Assembly (NCBI GenBank): GCA_947168485.1 | Contig: CAMVLZ010000005.1 | Location: 1-61,292, forward strand | Direction: 5' to 3' | Length of the DNA stretch: 61,292 nt | Origin: an uncultured Bacillota bacterium | GTDB taxonomy: Bacteria; Bacillota_I; Bacilli_A; RF39; UBA660 | In this document: positions 29,871 through 38,553 of the stretch, piece by piece | How positions within the stretch are numbered: position 1 is the stretch's first letter | How the letters are laid out: each line of letters begins with the position of its first letter | Position numbers and translations under genes: made by a program | Notes under the pieces: generated by a model | What the model was told of the DNA's origin: nothing | Database searches by the model: none | The model's input: only the letters and a program-made list of their open reading frames with translations

Positions 29871-31157
29871 CTATTTAATAGGCATAATCTTTTCTTTTCC
29901 ACCCATATATGGTTGTAATACTTTTGGTATATTGATTGATCCATCTTCATTATAATTGTTCTCTAATACAGCAATCAATCCTCTAGGAGTAGCAACTACT
30001 GTATTATTTAATGTATGTAAGTAATATGTACCATTTTCTCCTTTTTTACGAATACCTAATCTTCTTGCTTGAGCATCTCCTAATGTAGAACAACTTCCTA
30101 CTTCAAAATATTTTTGTTGACGAGGAGACCAAGCTTCTACATCACATGATTTAACTTTTAAATCAGCTAAATCACCAGAGCAACATTCTAATTGTCTAAC
30201 TGGAACATCCATATTTCTAAATAAATCTACAGTTAATTTCCACATCTTTTCATACCATTCCATACTATCTTCAGGTTCACATATAACAATCATTTCTTGC
30301 TTTTCAAATTGATGAACTCTATAAAGTCCTCTCTCTTCTAAACCATGAGAACCTCCTTCTTTTCTAAAGCATGGAGAATAACTTGTCATATGAATTGGAA
30401 GTTCTTCATCTTTAATTATTTGTCCTTTAAACTTACCAATCATTGAATGTTCAGAAGTACCAATTAAATATAAATCTTCATTTTCAATCTTATACATCAT
30501 AGCTTCCATCTCAGGGAAAGACATAACTCCAGTAACTACATCAGAATGAATCATAAATGGAGGAATTGCATAAGTAAATCCTGCATCTATCATAAAATCT
30601 CTAGCATAAGCAATCATAGCTTCATGTAGTCTCGCAATATCTCCCAATAAGAAATAGAATCCTTCTCCTGAAGTTCTACCAGCAGCTTCTTTATCCATTC
30701 CACCAACATTTAAAATAATATCCGCATGATGTGGAATCTCATATTTAGGTACTACTGGATCTCCAAATCTTTCAACTTCTACATTTTCACTATCATCTTT
30801 ACCTATAGGAACAGACTCATCCATTATTTGAGGAATCTTCATCATTATATCTTTAATCTTATTTTGCATTTCAGGTAATTCTTCATCTATTTTAGCTATC
30901 TTTTCATTCATTTTAGCTATTTCTTCTTTAACTTTATCAGCTTCATCTTTTTTACCATCTCTCATTAAAGTACCAATCTCTTTACTTAATTTATTCTTAT
31001 CAGCTTTTAAAGTATCTCCCTCTACCTGCATCTTTCTAGCTTCTTCATCTAATTTCTTTACTTCATCTACTAAAGGTAATTTCTCATCTTGAAATTTCTT
31101 CTTAATATTTTCCTTTACTAAATCTTCATTATCTCTTATTAACTTAATATCAATCAT
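29871..31157 (-). CDS. serS: Seryl-tRNA synthetase
   Basis: N-terminal coiled-coil arm (MIDIKLIRDN...) and class II core motifs (YSPCFRKEGGSHG, TLNNTVVATPR). Confidence 0.97.
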   Translation of the reverse strand: MIDIKLIRDNEDLVKENIKKKFQDEKLPLVDEVKKLDEEARKMQVEGDTLKADKNKLSKEIGTLMRDGKKDEADKVKEEIAKMNEKIAKIDEELPEMQNKIKDIMMKIPQIMDESVPIGKDDSENVEVERFGDPVVPKYEIPHHADIILNVGGMDKEAAGRTSGEGFYFLLGDIARLHEAMIAYARDFMIDAGFTYAIPPFMIHSDVVTGVMSFPEMEAMMYKIENEDLYLIGTSEHSMIGKFKGQIIKDEELPIHMTSYSPCFRKEGGSHGLEERGLYRVHQFEKQEMIVICEPEDSMEWYEKMWKLTVDLFRNMDVPVRQLECCSGDLADLKVKSCDVEAWSPRQQKYFEVGSCSTLGDAQARRLGIRKKGENGTYYLHTLNNTVVATPRGLIAVLENNYNEDGSINIPKVLQPYMGGKEKIMPIK

Positions 31158-31164
31158 AATTTCC

Positions 31165-31355
31165 CTCCTAACAAAAAAAAGAACAGTACAAGGAGCTATA
31201 AAGCGGTACCATCCTTTTATTAACTTAATTCAGATAACGGTCATCCCGGATATTATTATATCTCTATAGGGTAGATAAATAAGTATTTATTATCGTTTAC
31301 ACCAACCACGACTCTCTATAAATAAATAATCTTATTATTAGTCCTAATCATCGAT
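31165..31355 (-). promoter_or_regulatory. T-box riboswitch leader of serS (tRNA-sensing transcription attenuator)
   Basis: Minus-strand RNA contains AGAGAG..GGTTGGTG (stem I), the T-box core GGATGGTACCGC (31201..31214), and a terminator helix AAGGAUGGUAC/GUACUGUUCUU plus U8 just upstream of the SD GGAGGG. A UCU in ..UUAUCUACC.. is a candidate Ser specifier but is unconfirmed. Confidence 0.8.
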
Positions 31356-31362
31356 CAATTAA

Positions 31363-31370
31363 ATTATACA
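31363..31370 (-). promoter_or_regulatory. Extended -10 element (TGTATAAT) of the serS promoter
   Basis: TGTATAAT on the minus strand, upstream of the T-box leader. No clear -35 element. Confidence 0.4.
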
Positions 31371-31374
31371 ACAA

Positions 31375-32076
31375 TTAATTAGAAAAAACAAATTGTTTAT
31401 TACATAGCATCTCTTCATGTCTATCTAAAGATAAATAACTAAATAATTTAACATCACTAGCTTTTAAATCATTATATTTAACTCTATCAAATCCAAATAA
31501 TCCATCAGTAAATGAAACATAAACTTCTGAAATATTATCACCTTTCATATCAAATTCTATATATCCTTGCATAGAATTCTTTAAAAATGGAGATTTTACT
31601 TTACTACCAAATATCTCATCAGATTTATTAACATTAAAATAATAAATTCCCTTAGACGCAGTACTACACTTAACATCAGTTCTATTATAAAAATTAATAA
31701 CTTGAGTAGTCATCTCTTTTACAGTTTTAACATATTCTTCTTTATTAGTTTCATCATAATGTAATAATCTAGGTACAACAAATATAATAAATAATATAAA
31801 TATTACAAATATTACAATAGTTCTAATTATCTTAAAGATTTCACCAGTATTATTATCTTTATTATTACTTTTATTATTTACTCTATTGTTATCTAAATAT
31901 TTTTGATTATAATCTACTCCTCCAACATCATTACTATTATCAGGATTATTATAATTATTTATAATATTTTCTTCTTCAGATGGTTTCTTTTTAAATAAAG
32001 GAAACTTACGTTTAGGCTTATTTTCTAATTCATCATCTCTTATACCATTATTATCATAATCTTTATTAATGAACAT
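31375..32076 (-). CDS. Hypothetical bitopic membrane protein (Asn-rich cytoplasmic N-terminus, one TM, extracellular domain)
   Basis: TM helix IIRTIVIFVIFILFIIFVV. Its C-terminal domain is paralogous to that of the adjacent gene. Confidence 0.5.
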   Translation of the reverse strand: MFINKDYDNNGIRDDELENKPKRKFPLFKKKPSEEENIINNYNNPDNSNDVGGVDYNQKYLDNNRVNNKSNNKDNNTGEIFKIIRTIVIFVIFILFIIFVVPRLLHYDETNKEEYVKTVKEMTTQVINFYNRTDVKCSTASKGIYYFNVNKSDEIFGSKVKSPFLKNSMQGYIEFDMKGDNISEVYVSFTDGLFGFDRVKYNDLKASDVKLFSYLSLDRHEEMLCNKQFVFSN

Positions 32077-32084
32077 CTAATCAC

Positions 32085-32828
32085 CTACCTACAAGAAGTA
32101 CTAATACTAGGAATATTAACTTTATAATAAGGTAACACATCTAATTTCTTTAACTCATCAACATTCTTCTCTCTAATACCAAATGTTCCATCACTTAAAG
32201 AAATCTTATATATATATTTACCATTTTCTTTTGTAACTAAAACATATCCAGTAAAACTATTTCCTAAATATGGAGATACTATATCTAAATTATAATCATT
32301 CTTTAAAGAATTAGAATTAAATTCAAATAAATACTCATCTCCTTTAGTACATTTACTAAAATTATTATTACCATATTTATTCTTTATCGCATTAACTATT
32401 TCTTTAGATTGATCTATATACTTTTGTTGACTAGTAGTAATTAATTTATATCCATATACCACAACTACTATAAATAATATTAAAACTACAGCTCTAGTAA
32501 TTCTATTTCTCATAGTAGCTTTTCTTTCACTATCAGTCATTTCAGCATTTTGAACTTCTTCTCTATACTCATCCATAGATCTATAAAATTTCTTTTTTTC
32601 TTTCTTAGTTTCTTCTTTTAAATTAGTAGTAAAAAATTTACTTTCATGTTCTTTTTTCTTTTTATTTTCTCTTTTAATAATCTTTTGAGCTTTTTTATCA
32701 TATTTAACTAAGAAATCATTATTATTATTATCATAATTAATATATCCACAATGAAAACAAAATCTATCTTTATAATGCATTTCATTACCACACTTAGGAC
32801 ATATTATAACCCCATTATTTTCATCCAT
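32085..32828 (-). CDS. Hypothetical bitopic membrane protein with an N-terminal zinc ribbon
   Basis: CPKCGNEMHYKDRFCFHCG zinc ribbon, a Lys-rich linker, one TM, then an extracellular domain paralogous to 31375..32076. Confidence 0.5.
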   Translation of the reverse strand: MDENNGVIICPKCGNEMHYKDRFCFHCGYINYDNNNNDFLVKYDKKAQKIIKRENKKKKEHESKFFTTNLKEETKKEKKKFYRSMDEYREEVQNAEMTDSERKATMRNRITRAVVLILFIVVVVYGYKLITTSQQKYIDQSKEIVNAIKNKYGNNNFSKCTKGDEYLFEFNSNSLKNDYNLDIVSPYLGNSFTGYVLVTKENGKYIYKISLSDGTFGIREKNVDELKKLDVLPYYKVNIPSISTSCR

Positions 32829-32829
32829 A

Positions 32830-33642
32830 TTATTCCTCCATATACTTCATAAGAACACTTGTTACTACTTCATAACCTTCATCATTTAAATGTAATCCAT
32901 CTTCTGTATATTTCTTATCTAAATAACCTTTATCATCTACTAATTTAGAATACATATCTATATATACTAAACTATTATTCTTACAATAGATCTTTAAAGA
33001 TTCATTTAATCTATTAATAGAATCTAGTTTATTAACTTTCTTATCAATTTTTCTTAAATCATAATTAACTGGATATATAGAAATAACTCTTATAGTCGCA
33101 GCAGGTCTATTCTTCTTAATTTGAGTAATAATAGAAATATAATTATCAAAAATCTTTTGTAAACTATAACCTTTACTAATATCATTAGTACCTATTAATA
33201 TAAATACATCAGAAGGATTATACTTATATACTCTATTATACATATTATCTAAAATATTATTAGTCTTATTACCATTAATACCTGAATTAACTATAATATT
33301 TTTCTTATCAGGATAAAACTTATCTAAATTATATCTATAAGTAAGAGAATCTCCTAAAAACAAATAATTCTTATCAACACTTACATGTTTAATCTTAATA
33401 TCTTCATTAAAATTATTATAATTTATAAAGTAAAATAATAAACCTCCTACTAGTAATGAAGCTATTATTAAAAATATCATATTAATATATTTAGAATTAA
33501 GAATCTTTACAAATATTTTTCCCCTCTTACTATTAATATTATCTTTAATAATTATAGGAGTATTATAAAAATCTTTATTAGTACTTATATTTCTATCAAC
33601 TCTAGTTTGTTTTTTGTTATTTTTAAATTTTGCCATATACAT
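32830..33642 (-). CDS. Membrane-anchored SGNH/GDSL-family hydrolase
   Basis: Blocks FLGDSLT, GINGNKT, LIGTNDI and DGLHLN follow an N-terminal TM. The start could instead be the ATG at 33636. Confidence 0.75.
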   Translation of the reverse strand: MYMAKFKNNKKQTRVDRNISTNKDFYNTPIIIKDNINSKRGKIFVKILNSKYINMIFLIIASLLVGGLLFYFINYNNFNEDIKIKHVSVDKNYLFLGDSLTYRYNLDKFYPDKKNIIVNSGINGNKTNNILDNMYNRVYKYNPSDVFILIGTNDISKGYSLQKIFDNYISIITQIKKNRPAATIRVISIYPVNYDLRKIDKKVNKLDSINRLNESLKIYCKNNSLVYIDMYSKLVDDKGYLDKKYTEDGLHLNDEGYEVVTSVLMKYMEE

Positions 33643-33690
33643 CAGTTCCTCTAAAACATTATACCAAGATATTAAAAAAAAAAGAAGTTT

Positions 33691-34263
33691 TTAATCATAC
33701 TTCTTTTTAAAATAACAATATAATTTATAAAATAAAGTAAAGACAAACCAAATAAGTAATATTAAATTACTAATCTGAACTAAAGATAAAATAGTACTAT
33801 TAGTATATAATTGTTTCATACTATTAAGTTCTATCTCATTAGAAGCACTCAATGTAACAAATAATAAAAATAATAAGTATATTGAACTAAAACATATATA
33901 ATTAAATATCTTTTTAAATCCACTAATCTTTTTATTAAATATAGTATAAATAATCATAATAGATACAAACAACATAATAAAGAAATAAACAATAGTAGAT
34001 GGAAAATATATATATTGCATTATACCCTTTACAGTAGATTTAAAACATAATTTAACATAGTCATTATAACTAACTAATACACCTAATAATAATCCTATAT
34101 ATACACCAATAAACCCTAAATTAATAAATATATTTTTCTTTTTTAAATTAATAATTAATAAAGTGAATAATAAAAGACAAAATATTAATAATTCAATAGT
34201 TACAGCAGATGAAAATATATATTTAAAAATATAACCAAATTTATCAAATATTGTCTCTCTCAT
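33691..34263 (-). CDS. Hypothetical polytopic membrane protein
   Basis: About five hydrophobic helices. No recognisable motif. Confidence 0.45.
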   Translation of the reverse strand: MRETIFDKFGYIFKYIFSSAVTIELLIFCLLLFTLLIINLKKKNIFINLGFIGVYIGLLLGVLVSYNDYVKLCFKSTVKGIMQYIYFPSTIVYFFIMLFVSIMIIYTIFNKKISGFKKIFNYICFSSIYLLFLLFVTLSASNEIELNSMKQLYTNSTILSLVQISNLILLIWFVFTLFYKLYCYFKKKYD

Positions 34264-34277
34264 AAATTCACCCCAAT

Positions 34278-34955
34278 TTAATCTGCTTCACATATATAAA
34301 CAGTTTGTTTTGTATCACTACCCTTAGTACAAGTAATAAGAGTAAGAGTAGTCTTTTTATAATTTCTATATATACTTACATAACCATTCTTAGGAACAGT
34401 ATATATTTTTTTAATAGTATATTTATAAGTATTACCTTTATAATCTATATAAGCAACATCACCTACTTTTAACTTATATAACTTTTCAAAATAAGATATC
34501 CAAGCATCTCCAGAATGAGCAATTAATACTAAATTACCACCCTGAGTAGTAGGCATATTAGATCCTTTTAATAAAGTAACATTATATTGAATATCATTAT
34601 ATCTAGAATCTGTATTATAAAATCCTCTCTTCAAATATATCTTAGGTATACGTAATACTCCCAAATACTTACTATAATCTATAGGAGCATAAGTAACCTT
34701 CTTAGTTTTTTTCTTTTTCTTATCCATAGATACTACTTCATTACTAATAGGAGCACTAACCTCTTCTACTTTAGTAGTATCAGAAAAACTAATTAACATA
34801 TCAGAATATATTTCATCTTTTAAAGATAATAAACTATTCCATGATATAGCAATAAATCCTATAAAGATAAGTAAAGAGCCAAATAACAATATCTGGCTCT
34901 TTTTAATATTCTTTATTTTATTATTGATATTGTTTTTGATTTTTGATATTAACAT
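34278..34955 (-). CDS. Sortase-family transpeptidase (atypical: no Arg after the catalytic Cys)
   Basis: N-terminal TM, LVLIAHSG (His) and TLTLITC (Cys). The C-terminus after the Cys reads TKGSDTKQTVYICEAD. Its start overlaps the upstream adhesin gene by 35 nt. Confidence 0.75.
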   Translation of the reverse strand: MLISKIKNNINNKIKNIKKSQILLFGSLLIFIGFIAISWNSLLSLKDEIYSDMLISFSDTTKVEEVSAPISNEVVSMDKKKKKTKKVTYAPIDYSKYLGVLRIPKIYLKRGFYNTDSRYNDIQYNVTLLKGSNMPTTQGGNLVLIAHSGDAWISYFEKLYKLKVGDVAYIDYKGNTYKYTIKKIYTVPKNGYVSIYRNYKKTTLTLITCTKGSDTKQTVYICEAD

Positions 34956-36183
34956 ATAATATACCTAATCCAGATAATAATACAATCATACCAACAATAT
35001 ACATAATTGAAGAAGCATTGCTAGCTGTATCTGGTGTACGAGTTATTGTAAATGGTACTCCAGGATTTTTCATCTTAGCAACCTTATCAACAGTAGTTAC
35101 TCTTTGAGCTCCAGCAGCTTTATAGAAGTAACCTGTATATACTTCGAATGCTGCTTTTATAGATGCTGTAAAGTTAACAGTTCCAGTTACCTTATCAGCA
35201 GGAACATATAAATAGAATTGTTGATATTTAGAATAACTAACTTTAGTTAAATCTTTAATTTCTTCTTCTTTTCCATTAGCATTAATACCATATACTTTAG
35301 TACCAGTAGGAACATTATTTAAAACAATAGAATAATTATCATCAATATCAGAAATTAATCCAGATGTTCCAATCTTAACAGTAACCTTATCAGATTTTAG
35401 ATAATTATTACTAGTTAATACAAATTTATCACTTGATTTAGTAATAGTAGCATTTAAAACATCAGATTTATTATGATTTTGAATAGCTTTTGTTAATATA
35501 GCATCTAAACCAGTTTGTTTATAAAATGATGTAGATGAAGTAATATTTCCAAGAGTATTTAAATCAGCATCATTAACTTGTAAAGCATTAATATTAGTTA
35601 AAGCATTAATATTAGAATCAATATAGATATTTGGTACAGGAGGTTCATCATCACCATCAAAAACTGATTTTGAATTTGCTGCTCCAGTAGAACCTAAATA
35701 CATCCAAATAGCAGTTTGTCCTAACCAAGACTTAACAAAAGATTTTGCTTGATCTGCAGTTACTGAACCACTAGGTGTAACAGTACCTACATCTAAGTTT
35801 TCAATCTTAGTTAATAAGTAAATAAATCCTTCATCAGTAATTTCTCCATCACGAGATAATTCAGCTGGTGTATATCCCATTGCACTTTCTACACAATAAA
35901 CAGGATGTGATATACCTTGTGCAGAATATGGTTCAACTGAAAAGTTTTCTATACCCATACTAGCAGCTGGTGCTGTTGGTTTAATTACATGAGTTGGAGC
36001 CAAAGTAGTGATCTTAGTAGGTAAAGTATCAACAGTTGGTAATGAGTAAGTAGTTCCACTCATACTAACAAATAAAATTGATACAATAGCTATAAAAGCA
36101 ACTCCAAAAGATAATCCAACAGAAACACTTAAATGATTATTTTTTTTCTTTTTTTGATTTTCTTCAATATATATTTTCTCCAT
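34921..36183 (-). CDS. Surface adhesin with a putative internal-thioester (TED/TQXA-type) domain and an atypical TPDTA sorting signal
   Basis: N-terminal signal/anchor, YCVE (Cys97, codon 35893..35895) and GQTAIW (Gln156, codon 35716..35718). TPDTA at 35023..35037 is followed by a hydrophobic helix and a basic tail (NIKNQK). Confidence 0.65.
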   Translation of the reverse strand: MEKIYIEENQKKKKNNHLSVSVGLSFGVAFIAIVSILFVSMSGTTYSLPTVDTLPTKITTLAPTHVIKPTAPAASMGIENFSVEPYSAQGISHPVYCVESAMGYTPAELSRDGEITDEGFIYLLTKIENLDVGTVTPSGSVTADQAKSFVKSWLGQTAIWMYLGSTGAANSKSVFDGDDEPPVPNIYIDSNINALTNINALQVNDADLNTLGNITSSTSFYKQTGLDAILTKAIQNHNKSDVLNATITKSSDKFVLTSNNYLKSDKVTVKIGTSGLISDIDDNYSIVLNNVPTGTKVYGINANGKEEEIKDLTKVSYSKYQQFYLYVPADKVTGTVNFTASIKAAFEVYTGYFYKAAGAQRVTTVDKVAKMKNPGVPFTITRTPDTASNASSIMYIVGMIVLLSGLGILYVNIKNQKQYQ

Positions 36184-36244
36184 ATTTTCACCTTACCTTT
36201 ATAAACACATTATAACATATTTATTTAAATAACAACAATTATTT

Positions 36245-37471
36245 TTAATTAATTTTAAACATTTCCTTAATATTATTAATCTTTACATCACCATTTACAT
36301 ATAAAGTAGCAAGTAATTCACCTTTTCTAACTTTATCACCTAATTGTTTATTTAATTTAATACCTACCCCATAATCAATTTTATCATCCAATTTTTCTTT
36401 ACCTGCACCTAACTTAACAGATAATTTTCCTATTTCTAATGCATCAATAACTTTAATAGTACCACTCTTATAAGCTCTTATATTTTTAGTCTTTTTAGCA
36501 ATCTTAATTTTACTAAGATCTCCACCTTGTCTAGTAACTAATTCTACAAATTTATCATAAGCTCTACCACTATCAATAGAATCAATTACTTCCTTTAAAG
36601 CCTCACGTTTACTAATACCTTTACCCATACTAATCATTTGAGAAGCAAGTTCAAAACATACATCTACTAAATGAGTATCTTTCTCTTTACCTTGAAGTAC
36701 ATCTATAGCCTCTAATACCTCTAAAGCATTACCAATATTATATCCTAAAGGAGTATTCATATCATTAATAATAACACTAACTTCTCTATTATAAATCTTA
36801 CCTATCTTTATCATCATTTCTTCTAATTTCTTAGCATCTTCCATGTTATTAATTAAAGCCCCATCACCAACTTTTAAATCAATAACAATTTTATCAGCAC
36901 CAGAAGCTATCTTTTTACTCATTATAGATGAAGCAATAAGTCCTATAGATGATACAGTACCAGTAACGTCTCTTAAAGAATAAATAGCTTTATCCATAGG
37001 AACTAAATTCTTAGTTTGAGAAGTAATAACTACTCCTATATCTTTTACTTGTTTTATTATTTCTTTCTCAGTTAATTTAACATTATATCCAGGAATAGAC
37101 TCTAATTTATCAATAGTTCCTCCAGTATAACCAAGACCCTTACCACTCATTTTTACAACTTTTACTCCACAAGAAGCAACAATAGGAGCAATAATTAAAG
37201 TAGTTTTATCACCAATTCCTCCAGTAGAATGCTTATCTACTAAAACACCTACATCTTTAGAAAAATCTAGAACATCTCCACTATCAACAAAAATCTTAGT
37301 TAAACAGAATATCTCTTCATCAGTTAAACCATTAATACACATAGCCATCAATAAACTACTCATTTGATAATCTTTAATATCTCCAGATAAATAACCATTA
37401 AAGAAATAATCTAATTCTTTATATTCTAACTCTTCCCCATTTCTCTTCTTATTTAATATATCTAGTACCAC
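36245..37471 (-). CDS. pdp: Pyrimidine-nucleoside (thymidine) phosphorylase
   Basis: DKHSTGGIGDKTTL and GLGYTGGTIDKLESIPG motifs. GTG start overlaps the GNAT gene stop by 1 nt. Confidence 0.93.
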   Translation of the reverse strand: MVLDILNKKRNGEELEYKELDYFFNGYLSGDIKDYQMSSLLMAMCINGLTDEEIFCLTKIFVDSGDVLDFSKDVGVLVDKHSTGGIGDKTTLIIAPIVASCGVKVVKMSGKGLGYTGGTIDKLESIPGYNVKLTEKEIIKQVKDIGVVITSQTKNLVPMDKAIYSLRDVTGTVSSIGLIASSIMSKKIASGADKIVIDLKVGDGALINNMEDAKKLEEMMIKIGKIYNREVSVIINDMNTPLGYNIGNALEVLEAIDVLQGKEKDTHLVDVCFELASQMISMGKGISKREALKEVIDSIDSGRAYDKFVELVTRQGGDLSKIKIAKKTKNIRAYKSGTIKVIDALEIGKLSVKLGAGKEKLDDKIDYGVGIKLNKQLGDKVRKGELLATLYVNGDVKINNIKEMFKIN

Positions 37472-37881
37472 TATATCACCTTCTCAAATAAATTAGTCTC
37501 TTTAATACCAAACCCCATACTTAAATACATCTTATTAGCAACAACCTTCTTACTATTAGAAGTTAATTTAATCAAAGTACAATCATTATCCTTACTAATA
37601 GAAATAGCCTTTTCCATAATAGATTTACCTATATTATTACCCCTATAATTATCATCAACACAAACATAATTAATAAGAGAATACTTACTATTTCTAACAA
37701 CATCTACACAAATAGTAATATTTAAATAACTAACCACTTTATTATCAATCAAACCAACTAATCCAATAACATTATCATCTATTAATATATTATTTATATG
37801 ATGATTATTAAAAGATTTATTAATTAAATCAATAACTTCATTCTTATACTTATCTTCATATAAAACAAATTCAACATTCAT
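37471..37881 (-). CDS. GNAT-family N-acetyltransferase
   Basis: 136 aa with the VDDNYRGNNIGKSIMEKA acetyl-CoA-binding motif (R/Q-x-x-G-x-G/A type). Confidence 0.75.
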   Translation of the reverse strand: MNVEFVLYEDKYKNEVIDLINKSFNNHHINNILIDDNVIGLVGLIDNKVVSYLNITICVDVVRNSKYSLINYVCVDDNYRGNNIGKSIMEKAISISKDNDCTLIKLTSNSKKVVANKMYLSMGFGIKETNLFEKVI

Positions 37882-37908
37882 ACTATCACCTATTATTATT
37901 TTAACATA

Positions 37909-38502
37909 TTACTTAGTTAATTTTTTTACTTTTTTAAAATAACATTTAGGACACATAGATTTATAAGTAACATTATCAAAACCATCTATCGCTACTTGAT
38001 CACCTTCAATAGTTAATTCATTATCAACAAATCTAGCATTAATAGTAGCTTTCTTTCCACATTCACAAATAGTTTTCATCTCTTCAATAGAAGAAGCAAT
38101 CTCAAGTAGACGACTTGCTCCTGGAAAACCTTGTAATTTGAAATCAGTTCTTAATCCATAACAAATAACAGGAATATCCATATCAGTAGCAAAAAATAAT
38201 AATTCATCAACTTGACTAGGTTCTAAGAATTGAGCTTCATCAACAAGTAAACAATCAATCTTTTTATTATTATTCAAATACTCAGTAGCAATATCAATAA
38301 TAGAATCATTCTCTCCTACTAAATAATCAACTTCTCTATTAACACCTAATCTAGAAACAATATTTCTATCTCCTTTTTTATCTTTACTAGGTTTTAATAA
38401 TAAAATATTCATTCCACGCTCTTCATAATTATGAGCAACTTGTAACAAAGAAGTAGTTTTCCCACAATTCATTGCTCCATATCTAAAATATAGTTTTGCC
38501 AT
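37909..38502 (-). CDS. tdk: Thymidine kinase
   Basis: P-loop GAMNCGKT, DEAQF, and zinc-site Cys pairs (CECG...CPKC). Start set at MAKLYFRYG. Confidence 0.95.
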   Translation of the reverse strand: MAKLYFRYGAMNCGKTTSLLQVAHNYEERGMNILLLKPSKDKKGDRNIVSRLGVNREVDYLVGENDSIIDIATEYLNNNKKIDCLLVDEAQFLEPSQVDELLFFATDMDIPVICYGLRTDFKLQGFPGASRLLEIASSIEEMKTICECGKKATINARFVDNELTIEGDQVAIDGFDNVTYKSMCPKCYFKKVKKLTK

Positions 38503-38553
38503 AATATCACCCATAAAAATTATATCAAAAAAGAAGAGATTATACACCCTTCT

